Source: Azolla caroliniana (taxonomy: Eukaryota > Plantae > Polypodiophyta). Taken from it: 64,000 nucleotides of DNA. The stretch covers positions 11,470,001 to 11,534,000 of the forward strand of contig JBHGNT010000005.1 of assembly GCA_043228905.1 (NCBI GenBank), read 5' to 3'. Under the pieces are notes generated by a model. The model was not told the DNA's origin and did not search any database. It saw nothing but the letters and a program-made list of their open reading frames with translations. The translations under genes were made by a program, and so were the position numbers. Of this stretch, positions 24,235 through 36,492 are shown piece by piece; position 1 is the stretch's first letter, and each line of letters opens with the position of its first letter.

Positions 24235-27200
24235 CGACCCGGTTATGTCGAAACCAGAGATGACACTATGCACCCGATTTGGCACATCGGCAATGTTCCT
24301 TTCGGCGAAAGACGTAAGCAAACATACATTAAAAATGTCTTGCATGTTCCCACCATCACGAAGAACTTGGTCTCGGTCGGCCAAATGGCTGAGCAAGGGA
24401 TGCAAGTACTATTCGACAAAGAAGGGTGCTTCATCGAAAAAGAGGGCCGAATCATCGCGCACGGAAGAAGAGAGGGCCGGATGTTCATTCTCGATTCACA
24501 CGAGATGAAATCCATCATGTTCACAAAAAGCATGAAAGCCGACTCCGACATAGAGCTATGGCACAAACGAATCGGCCACATCAATCTCAACAGACTCAAA
24601 GCAATGAAATCGAAAGGAATCGTCATCGGACTCCCTAAATTCAAAGAGAAGGAGATTGAAGGTGTATGAGAAGCGTGCCAATTCGGCAAGCAACACAGAC
24701 ACCCATTCCTGAAAGAGCGGAACGTAGTCCATTCCGACATATGGGAACCGGCGCAGATGGCTACATTCAGCGGAAGCCGATATTACGTGCTCTTCATCAA
24801 CAACTTCTCTAGGCACACGTGGCTCTATCCGATGCGGCAAAAGAGCGAAGTGTTCGGACACTTCCAAAGGTTTAAAAACGAAGTCGAAAAGACCACTGGT
24901 CGTCATGTACGATGCCTTCGATTAGATAGCGGCAAGGAGAACTTCTGAGACGATTTAACGGCGTATCTCCGAAAGGAAGGAATTCGGTGATAATTCACTT
25001 GCCAACACACTCCACAACAAAACGGCGTACCCGAGTGCCAAAATCGGCACATCCTCGAAGTAGCACGGGCTATGATGAACGAGAAGCACATGCCCAAGTC
25101 ATATTGGGCCGAAGCTACAAATACGACCGTCTACCTAATGAACCGGTGCACAACATCTGGAGTGCACGAGGTCACTCCGCATGAAAAATATTTTGGAAAG
25201 AAGCCGGACCTACCAGACACCTGGATATTCGGCGCGATAGCGTATGTGCACATCCCCGACGAGAAGCGTCAAAAGATTGACCCAAAGTCGGAGAAATGCA
25301 ACCCCTCAACTCGACCCGGTTATGTCCAAACCGGAGATGACACTATGCACCCGATTTGGCACATCGGCAATGTTCCTTTCGGCGAAAGACGTAAGCAAAC
25401 ATACATTAAAAATGTCTTGCATGTTCCCACCATCACGAAGAACTTGGTCTCGGTCGGCCAAATGGCTGAGCAAGGGATGCAAGTACTATTCGACAAAGAA
25501 GGGTGCTTCATCGAAAAAGAGGGCCGAATCATCGCGCACGGAAGAAGAGAGGGCCGGATGTTCATTCTCGATTCACACGAGATGAAATCCACCATGTTCA
25601 CAAAAAGCATGAAAGCCGACTCCGACATAGAGCTATGGCACAAACGAATCGGCCACATCAATCTCAACAGACTCAAAGCAATGAAATCGAAAGGAATCGT
25701 CATCGGACTCCCTAAATTCAAAGAGAAGGAGATTGAAGGTGTATGAGAAGCGTGCCAATTCGGCAAGCAACACAGACACCCATTCCTGAAAGAGCGGAAC
25801 GTAGTCCATTCCGACATATGGGAACCGGCGCAGATGGCTACATTCAGCGGAAGCCGATATTACGTGCTCTTCATCAACAACTTCTCTAGGCACACGTGGC
25901 TCTATCCGATGCGGCAAAAGAGCGAAGTGTTCGGACACTTCCAAAGGTTTAAAAACGAAGTCGAAAAGACCACTGGTCGTCATGTACGATGCCTTCGATT
26001 AGATAGCGGCAAGGAGAACTTCTGAGACGATTTAACGGCGTATCTCCGAAAGGAAGGAATTCAGTGATAATTCACTTGCCAACACACTCCGCAACAAAAC
26101 GGCGTACCCGAGTGCCAAAATCGGCACATCCTCGAAGTAGCACGGGCTATGATGAACGAGAAGCACATGCCCAAGTCATATTGGGCCGAAGCTACAAATA
26201 CGACCGTCTACCTAATGAACCGGTGCACAACATCTGGAGTGCAGGAGGTCACTCCGCATGAAAAATATTTTGGAAAGAAGCCGGACCTACCAGACACCTG
26301 GATATTCGGCGCGATAGCGTATGTGCACATCCCCGACGAGAAGCGTCAAAAGATTGACCCAAAGTCGGAGAAATGCAACCCCTCAACTCGACCCGGTTAT
26401 GTCGAAACCGGAGATGACACTATGCACCCGATTTGGCACATCAGCAATGTTCCTTTCGGCGAAAGACGTAAGCAAACATACATTAAAAATGTCTTGCATG
26501 TTCCCACCATCACGAAGAACTTGGTCTCGGTCGGCCAAATGGCTGAGCAAGGGATGCAAGTACTATTCGACAAAGAAGGGTGCTTCATCGAAAAAGAGGG
26601 CCGAATCATCGCGCACGGAAGAAGAGAGGGCCGGATGTTCATTCTCGATTCACACGAGATGAAATCCACCATGTTCACAAAAAGCATGAAAGCCGACTCC
26701 GACATAGAGCTATGGCACAAACGAATCGGCCACATCAATCTCAACAGACTCAAAGCAATGAAATCGAAAGGAATCGTCATCGGACTCCCTAAATTCAAAG
26801 AGAAGGAGATTGAAGGTGTATGAGAAGCGTGCCAATTCGGCAAGCAACACAGACACCCATTCCTGAAAGAGCGGAACGTAGTCCATTCCGACATATGGGA
26901 ACCGGCGCAGATGGCTACATTCAGCGGAAGCCGATATTACGTGCTCTTCATCAACAACTTCTCTAGGCACACGTGGCTCTATCCGATGCGGCAAAAGAGC
27001 GAAGTGTTCGGACACTTCCAAAGGTTTAAAAACGAAGTCGAAAAGACCACTGGTCGTCATGTACGATGCCTTCGATTAGATAGCGGCAAGGAGAACTTCT
27101 GAGACGATTTAACGGCGTATCTCCGAAAGGAAGGAATTCAGTGATAATTCACTTGCCAACACACTCCGCAACAAAACGGCGTACCCGAGTGCCAAAATCG

Positions 27201-30200
27201 GCACATCCTCGAAGTAGCACGGGCTATGATGAACGAGAAGCACATGCCCAAGTCATATTGGGCCGAAGCTACAAATACGACCGTCTACCTAATGAACCGG
27301 TGCACAACATCTGGAGTGCACGAGGTCACTCCGCATGAAAAATATTTTGGAAAGAAGCCGGACCTACCAGACACCTGGATATTCGGCGCGATAGCGTATG
27401 TGCACATCCCCGACGAGAAGCGTCAAAAGATTGACCCAAAGTCGGAGAAATGCAACCCCTCAACTCGACCCGGTTATGTCGAAACCGGAGATGACACTAT
27501 GCACCCGATTTGGCACATCAGCAATGTTCCTTTCGGCGAAAGACGTAAGCAAACATACATTAAAAATGTCTTGCATGTTCCCACCATCACGAAGAACTTG
27601 GTCTCGGTCGGCCAAATGGCTGAGCAAGGGATGCAAGTACTATTCGACAAAGAAGGGTGCTTCATCGAAAAAGAGGGCCGAATCATCGCGCACGGAAGAA
27701 GAGAGGGCCGGATGTTCATTCTCGATTCACACGAGATGAAATCCACCATGTTCACAAAAAGCATGAAAGCCGACTCCGACATAGAGCTATGGCACAAACG
27801 AATCGGCCACATCAATCTCAACAGACTCAAAGCAATGAAATCGAAAGGAATCGTCATCGGACTCCCTAAATTCAAAGAGAAGGAGATTGAAGGTGTATGA
27901 GAAGCGTGCCAATTCGGCAAGCAACACAGACACCCATTCCTGAAAGAGCGGAACGTAGTCCATTCCGACATATGGGAACCGGCGCAGATGGCTACATTCA
28001 GCGGAAGCCGATATTACGTGCTCTTCATCAACAACTTCTCTAGGCACACGTGGCTCTATCCGATGCGGCAAAAGAGCGAAGTGTTCGGACACTTCCAAAG
28101 GTTTAAAAACGAAGTCGAAAAGACCACTGGTCGTCATGTACGATGCCTTCGATTAGATAGCGGCAAGGAGAACTTCTGAGACGATTTAACGGCGTATCTC
28201 CGAAAGGAAGGAATTCGGTGATAATTCACTTGCCAACACACTCCACAACAAAACGGCGTACCCGAGTGCCAAAATCGGCACATCCTCGAAGTAGCACGGG
28301 CTATGATGAACGAGAAGCACATGCCCAAGTCATATTGGGCCGAAGCTACAAATACGACCGTCTACCTAATGAACCGGTGCACAACATCTGGAGTGCAGGA
28401 GGTCACTCCGCATGAAAAATATTTTGGAAAGAAGCCGGACCTACCAGACACCTGGATATTCGGCGCGATAGCGTATGTGCACATCCCCGACGAGAAGCGT
28501 CAAAAGATTGACCCAAAGTCGGAGAAATGCAACCCCTCAACTCGACCCGGTTATGTCGAAACCGGAGATGACACTATGCACCCGATTTGGCACATCGGCA
28601 ATGTTCCTTTCGGCGAAAGACGTAAGCAAACATACATTAAAAATGTCTTGCATGTTCCCACCATCACGAAGAACTTGGTCTCGGTCGGCCAAATGGCTGA
28701 GCAAGGGATGCAAGTACTATTCGACAAAGAAGGGTGCTTCATCGAAAAAGAGGGCCGAATCATCGCGCACGGAAGAAGAGAGGGCCGGATGTTCATTCTC
28801 GATTCACACGAGATGAAATCCACCATGTTCACAAAAAGCATGAAAGCCGACTCCGACATAGAGCTATGGCACAAACGAATCGGCCACATCAATCTCAACA
28901 GACTCAAAGCAATGAAATCGAAAGGAATCGTCATCGGACTCCCTAAATTCAAAGAGAAGGAGATTGAAGGTGTATGAGAAGCGTGCCAATTCGGCAAGCA
29001 ACACAGACACCCATTCCTGAAAGAGCGGAACGTAGTCCATTCCGACATATGGGAACCGGCGCAGATGGCTACATTCAGCGGAAGCCGATATTACGTGCTC
29101 TTCATCAACAACTTCTCTAGGCACACGTGGCTCTATCCGATGCGGCAAAAGAGCGAAGTGTTCGGACACTTCCAAAGGTTTAAAAACGAAGTCGAAAAGA
29201 CCACTGGTCGTCATGTACGATGCCTTCGATTAGATAGCGGCAAGGAGAACTTCTGAGACGATTTAACGGCGTATCTCCGAAAGGAAGGAATTCGGTGATA
29301 ATTCACTTGCCAACACACTCCGCAACAAAACGGCGTACCCGAGTGCCAAAATCGGCACATCCTCGAAGTAGCACGGGCTATGATGAACGAGAAGCACATG
29401 CCCAAGTCATATTGGGCCGAAGCTACAAATACGACCGTCTACCTAATGAACCGGTGCACAACATCTGGAGTGCAGGAGGTCACTCCGCATGAAAAATATT
29501 TTGGAAAGAAGCCGGACCTACCAGACACCTGGATATTCGGCGCGATAGCGTATGTGCACATCCCCGACGAGAAGCGTCAAAAGATTGACCCAAAGTTGGA
29601 GAAATGCAACCCCTCAACTCGACCCGGTTATGTCGAAACCGGAGATGACACTATGCACCCGATTTGGCACATCGGCAATGTTCCTTTCGGCGAAAGACGT
29701 AAGCAAACATACATTAAAAATGTCTTGAATGTTCCCACCATCACGAAGAACTTGGTCTCGGTCGGCCAAATGGCTGAGCAAGGGATGCAAGTACTATTCG
29801 ACAAAGAAGGGTGCTTCATCGAAAAAGAGGGCCGAATCATCGCGCACGGAAGAAGAGAGGGCCGGATGTTCATTCTCGATTCACACGAGATGAAATCCAC
29901 CATGTTCACAAAAGGCATGAAAGCCAACTCCGACATAGAGCTATGGCACAAACGAATCGGCCACATCAATCTCAACAGACTCAAAGCAATGAAATCGAAA
30001 GGAATCGTCATCGGACTCCCTAAATTCAAAGAGAAGGAGATTGAAGGTGTATGAGAAGCGTGCCAATTCGGCAAGCAACACAGACACCCATTCCTGAAAG
30101 AGCGGAACGTAGTCCATTCCGACATATGGGAACCGGCGCAGATGGCTACATTCAGCGGAAGCCGATATTACGTGCTCTTCATCAACAACTTCTCTAGGCA

Positions 30201-30696
30201 CACGTGGCTCTATCCGATGCGGCAAAAGAGCGAAGTGTTCGGACACTTCCAAAGGTTTAAAAACGAAGTCGAAAAGACCACTGGTCGTCATGTACGATGC
30301 CTTCGATTAGATAGCGGCAAGGAGAACTTCTGAGACGATTTAACGGCGTATCTCCGAAAGGAAGGAATTCGGTGATATTTCACTTGCCAACACACTCAGC
30401 AACAAAACGGCGTACCCGAGTGCCAAAATCGGCACATCCTCGAAGTAGCACGGGCTATGATGAACGAGAAGCACATGCCCAAGTCATATTGGGCCGAAGC
30501 TACAAATACGACCGTCTACCTAATGAACCGGTGCACAACATCTGGAGTGCACGAGGTCACTCCGCATGAAAAATATTTTGGAAAGAAGCCGGACCTACCA
30601 GACACCTGGATATTCGGCGCGATAGCGTATGTGCACATCCCCGACGAGAAGCGTCAAAAGATTGACCCAAAGTCGGAGAAATGCAACCCCTCAACT
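24235..30696 (+). repeat. Tandem array of 6 x 1077 bp of Copia protease/GAG-pre-integrase/integrase sequence
   Basis: Units start at 24235, 25312, 26389, 27466, 28543 and 29620. ORFs recur at a 1077-bp period. WFVDSGASNHM lies upstream of the first unit. Confidence 0.97.
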
Positions 30697-30813
30697 CGAA
30701 AATCTCGAGTAAGTCGGCGCGAGGGTTGAGAACCTCCTCTATAGCCGACAAACGCTTGAAAGCAAACCCTAACAGGTCGTAAAACAGCAGACAGAGAAGT
30801 GATGGATAGAGGG

Positions 30814-33800
30814 ATGGCTAGCTCACTCCCTGTGGAGAAACTCGACAAATCCAACTATGCATCTTGGTTGTATTAGATGCACCACTACCTACTTGGGCAT
30901 GGCTACTGGAGTTTCGTCGAAGGAGCCAACGAAATAGCACCTGGTGTGGCACATAAGGACTTCCCAGTGTGGGAACAATCGGCAAGCAGAGTGATGTACT
31001 GCTTCGCGTCCACTGTCGAAGACCAGCTGTTGAGCCACATCCAAGACGCCAAGACGCCGAAGGAGGCTTGGGGGAACCTGAAGAAGGTTTTCACCGCGAG
31101 CACTACAGCCCCGAAGCTGCAACTCCAACAGATTACACGGCCCGGATCAAAGAGATCTGTGACTCGCTTGCCTCTATCAACATTACTGTAGAGGGAGACG
31201 AGATGGTACAGGTCTGTCCTGGGGGCCTGGCGTCGAAGTTCAGAGCGTTCCGAACAACGGTGTTTACAAGGGAGAATACACCGTCATTTTTTGACGATGC
31301 TCCTTGTAGAGGAGAACCAGGTCGGTGCGTCAACTAGCCCACCCACTGACATCCGGATGCTGTACACGAAGGCGGATCGGTCCTGTGGGCGTGGTGGATG
31401 AGGGGGGTCGGCACGCAATGGAGGCAGCCGGCAAGAGCAAGAACGAAGGCATAGAGAATGTGCCTACAACAGTTCTGGGACTCCCATAGGTAGGGGGAAT
31501 CATGGCGACATAGGAAGACAACAAGAGAAGTCAGCAACGGAATGTTGGTACTATGGCAAAAAGGGCCACAGAGAAAGGGAGTGTTGGAGAAAACGAGCCG
31601 ATTCGGACAAATCCGGATCCGGCAAGGCCGGCAAAGCTCGCACTATGCAAAGGGATCGGGAGGATCCAAGAACAGTAACGGGCCAGCCTTGGTAATGAAG
31701 CACGAGCCGAACTCGATGAAGAAGACCACTTCCAAATCGGAGGAAGTGTGGTATGTTGATTCTGGTGCGTTGAACCACATGACGAGCCACAAAGAGTGGT
31801 TCTCCTTTTTGGAGAAACCGGATCAACCAGGAGTAGTCGAAACCGGGGACGACACTCCTCACCCAATCGTGCATGTTAGAGAAGTCCCTTTGAGCCACGT
31901 CGGACAAAAGGGGAAGCTGATGAACGTATTACACGTTTCGACAATCACGAAGAACCTGGTGTCAGTCGAACATATCGTCGACCAGGGGATGCAGGAGCGG
32001 TTTACGCACCTTGGGTGCTTCATCGAGGAAGAGGGCCAGATTATTGTGCAAGGGCGCAGAGACGAGAGGATGTTTATCCTTGACACCAATGACGGGAGGA
32101 TGTTTATCCTTGGCACCGCTCTTTTTGCAAAAGGACAGAAGGTTGAATCGGACATTGACCTGTGGCACGAGCAGATAGGCCACGTCAATTACCGAAGGCT
32201 TCAAGACCTGCAAACGAAACAAGTTGTTTTCGGTTTGCCGAAGTTCAGCGGCCGGAAGGCCCAAGTATGTGAAGTTTGCCAACTCAGGAAGCAACACCGG
32301 CTTCCATTCCCTACCAAACATAACCGGAGCCATAACAAGCTCGACCTAATCCATTCGGATGTGTGGGAACCGGCATAGAATGTTAGTCTTGGCGGGAGTC
32401 GATATTTCGTCTCCTTCATCGACGACTATACGCGGCACACATGGATCTACCTCATTGAGCGGAAGAGTGAAGTTTTCGAGTGTTTCCGAAGTCTCCAAAG
32501 CATGGTGGAAAGGGAATCAAAGAGGAAGATCAAATGCCTGCAGTCGGATGGCGGGAAAGAATACCTTTCCGGCCAATTCAACTATTATCTGCAGCAAACG
32601 AGAATTCGGCGAGAGTTCAGCTGCACATACACACCGCAACAGAACAGTGTTGCCGAGAGGGAGAACCGGTCGCTTATTGATGCGGTGAGGGCAATGCTGG
32701 AGGAGAAGAGCATGCCCAAATTCTACTGGGCGGAGGCAGTCCGAACGGCTGTCTACATCCAGAACGGATCGGTGACAAGGTGTCAGCTCACGAGCTGTAT
32801 TTCGGGCGGAAGCCGAATTTGAGACACCTTAAGATCTTCGGTAGCATTGCATATGTGCATGTACCGGATGAGAAGCTAAAGAAGCTAGAGGAAAAATCGG
32901 AAAAATGCATCCTAGTCGGCTATGCTCAAGAGCAAAAGGGTTATAAGTGCTATAACCCCCAGACAAGGCACGTCCGAGTTAGTCAAGATGTCCAGTTTGA
33001 TGAATCAGCATCGTGGTACTCCTTACCGACTCCGACTTCCGAATTTGACCCGATGCCGGAGGATGAGGCTAGTGAGCCTGAATCGGCCCAGGTAGAGGAT
33101 GATGAAGCGTGGACTCAGGATGAGAGTCCGGAATCGTTCCGGTTGAGCGCGCTGAATGAGAGACTGAGTCAATCTGACCAGCCTGATGAGGAACCGGCGA
33201 GTAGGGGAGACTTTGCCATGCAAGGAACCAAGGAGATGGTTCACGCGCAAAGAGAAGGGGAAGAAGAAGATACCGGAATTCGAAACCGGCAACGATGAGT
33301 CGGATCGGTGTGCAACCAACTCCGGCAAGGAGAAAGGCGGATCTTCGGCAACAAAGACCGAACCGGCCAAGAAGGGCCTCAAACCGGGTAACGGTGAGTT
33401 ACGCCAGTCCACCCGACAGAAGGATCCCGTCAAGTGGTACGGGTACAATGAGTACATGGCGCATCACTATGCGTACATGACTAAGGTGGTGGAAGTGCGT
33501 GAGCCGGAGAGCTACGCAGAAGCAGCCAATGACGCAAATTGGCGTGCCTCTATGGAGGAAGAAATGCGGGCACTTGATGTCAATGAGACATGGGACCTGG
33601 TTGACCCTCCTCCTCACTGCAAACCAATCAGATGCAAGTGGATATACAAGGTAAAGTACAACGCTGACGGTTCTGTTAACCGGTATAAAGCCCGGTTAGT
33701 GGCGAAGGGATACGCGCAGACCCACAGAATCGACTATGACGAGACCTTCGCTCCTGTAGCGAAGATGATGACGGTTCGAGTGGTGCTGGCGGTTGCTGCG

Positions 33801-35294
33801 ACAAGGGGGTGGCATCTTCATCAGATGGATGTGAAGAATGCATTTCTTCAAGGTGATCTTGAAGAAGAAGTCTTTATGACTTAGCCTCCCGGTTTTCAAT
33901 CGGAGATGAACAAGTCGGCGGTATGTCGGCTGAAGAAGTCGTTGTACAGCCTGAAGCAAGCCCCTCGAGTTTGGAATGCGAAGATCACGCACCGTTTGCG
34001 TAAGATGGGGTTTATGGCCTCCAAATCGGACTCTTCATTGTTCATCCGGCAAGGCTCAGCTGGTCCGGTATGTATACTGCTGTATGTTGATGATCTAGTC
34101 ATCACCGGACTGGGTGTTCCAGAAATCAACCGTGTCAAGTTCCAATTGTCGGACGCATTTGAGATGAAGGATCTGGGGGGACCTTCATTATTTTCTAGGG
34201 ATCGAGGTGATCCGAACCCCGGATGGCATATTACTCTCACAACGACATTACGTCTTGAATATGTTGTACAAGTTCGGCATGACAGAATGTCGACCTGTAT
34301 CCACACCCTTGGAACGGAACCAGAAGCTTCGTCCCAACTCCGGACCGACCTGCAACGAGCAACGATTCCGACAGATTTTCGGAAGCCTTATTTACTTGAC
34401 TATCACGCGACCCGACATCAGCTATCTGGTCGAAATGATAAGTCAGTTCATGTAGAAGCCGACCGTGGAGCACCTTCAGTGCGTGCAAAGGATATTGTGG
34501 TATGTCGGCAGCACGAAGGACCGGGGACTGTTATACCGGCGCGATATACCCGAAGAACTCGTCAGTTACACAGATGCCAACTGGGCCGATGATGCATCAG
34601 ATCGCCGATCAACCTCCGGTTACATGTTTTCCCTAGGTAGTGCGGTTGTTGCATGGAGCAGCAAAAAGCAGCCAACAGTTGCTCTGTCAAGCACTGAGGC
34701 TTAGTATTGGGGCGCTACCATTGCCACCTGTGAAGCCATTTGGATTCAGCACTTGCTGCAAGACCTACGGATCGAGGTACCAACCCCGATTCTGGTCTAC
34801 TGCGACAACATAAGCAGCATGCAACTCGCCAAGAACCCCGTATTCCATCTCGCACAAAGCACATAGAAGTGCACTATCACTTCGTGCGTGAGCGTGTCCT
34901 GAGTGGTTAGGTCGAACTTCGGTATGTTCACACAAATCGGCTAGTTGCCGACATCTTCACCAAACCACTCGGATCGGACAAGTTGCAGCACTTCACCGAA
35001 ATGCTTGGTGTTCAACATCTCGACGTGCCACACTTGAGGGGGAGAACGGGCAAAGGCAAAGAGACTACCGATTGCGCCGGTGAGGGAAGAACAGGAGGCG
35101 GCAGAGTCAAGAAGGATAGAGCTGACCGAAGGAAGAAGGCCAAGACCCGGACATGGTCCGATGTGGTGAAGGGTTTGGAACCAAAAGACGAATCTGGAGC
35201 AACCGATTCGGACAAGAGCTGGAACAAATGGGAGACAGTCGATTCGGTTCAAAAGACAGATTCGGAAGAACCGGATCAATTCAAGGCCAAGTAG
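30814..35294 (+). pseudogene. Element G gag-pol polyprotein (degenerate)
   Basis: ORF fragments from 30877 to 35294 in Copia order PR-INT-RT-RH. Confidence 0.92.
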
Positions 35295-35796
35295 ACACGG
35301 ATGCAGCGGAAGTCGATGCCATCGTGGAGGAACCGATGGATCGGCAAGCGCCAGAGTCACAGCAGTGAAGGAACCGAGAGGGGTCGCGGCAAACAGAACC
35401 AAACCGGACGAGGAGCGTGAGCAAGGCGGAGCAACGCCAGGAGAAGTCGGTTGGAAGAACCGATTGCCATAGAGACTGACACAAGGATCCAACCTCAAGT
35501 TGAGCTTGAGGGGAAGTGTTGAGCGGCAAGCTCAACTGGAGCCGGATCGGTTGAATAAGCCGGAGCCGGCAAGTGAGACAGATCGGTCAGCCGTGAGCAA
35601 TCGAGTCGGAAAATAATAGAGACGATGACCTTGGGAGCCGGTTAGCCGGATCCGATCGGTAACTGGAAGCCTAGTATTAGTTTAGACTACTAGGCAATTA
35701 TAGTCTCGTAGTAAGTGTCAAATGCTCCTGTGAGCATTGAAGTATGCGGTACTTCTATCAGTCCCACGAGGATGTTGGGAAACCGTATGAGGTGGA

Positions 35797-36010
35797 GCCG
35801 GCTACGGAGAGCCGGATGATGCAGACCCGGTGAAGACCGGATGAGGAGTACCCGGCTACGGAGAGCCGGATGATACAGACCCAGTGAAGACCGGATGAGG
35901 AGTACCCGGCTACGGAGAGCCGGATGATACAGACCCGGTGAAGACCGGATGAGGAGTACCCGGTTACGGAGAACCGGATGGTACAGACCCGGTGAGAACC
36001 GGATGAAGAG
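35797..36010 (+). repeat. 54-bp tandem repeat x4 in the 5' LTR of H (x3 at ~40578-40740 in the 3' LTR)
   Basis: Unit CCCGGCTACGGAGAGCCGGATGATACAGACCCGGTGAAGACCGGATGAGGAGTA. Confidence 0.92.
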
Positions 36011-36492
36011 ACATATTCGTAAATATGTTTCAGAGAGTCCACTGAGGCTATATTTGTAAATAGCCGAAAAGTCATATTAGTATAAATATGACTGAGGGCA
36101 AACTTTTATATTTGTGTTGTCATTCTTTGTTGGGGTAAGAAGAAGAGAGAGCACGTAACAGTGTACAGAGAGAGAGAGAGAGAAAGAGGTCGTTGCCTCT
36201 GTTGTAACCGCCGCCTGTGGCGAAGATCGTGAGCACGAGGTCGTTGCCTCTGGGAACTCACCATTTGTACATTCCAACGTTGTGATAGTTTGCAGCCTGT
36301 GGGCTGCCAAGGTTTTTTCCCTTAGTTTGGGTTTTCCACGTAAACATCCTGTGCACTCGTTTCTTCTTCATGTCGTGCTTTATTTCCTGTTTTTTTTCTG
36401 TGTATGATTCTAAGCTCGGTTGTGGCCGAGCGTTGCGCATAAGGAGCGGTTCAGTTCCCGTCAAATGGTATCAGAGCGAAACGACACAGAAA

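Noticed and set aside
24235-30696. Tandem gene cluster of 224-aa proteins
   Set aside because: Each ORF is a junction chimera of integrase end plus protease end, bounded by shared premature stops.
35797-36010. CRISPR-like array
   Set aside because: Contiguous 54-bp units with no unique spacers and no cas genes. The same applies to 43905-44090 and 49590-49935.
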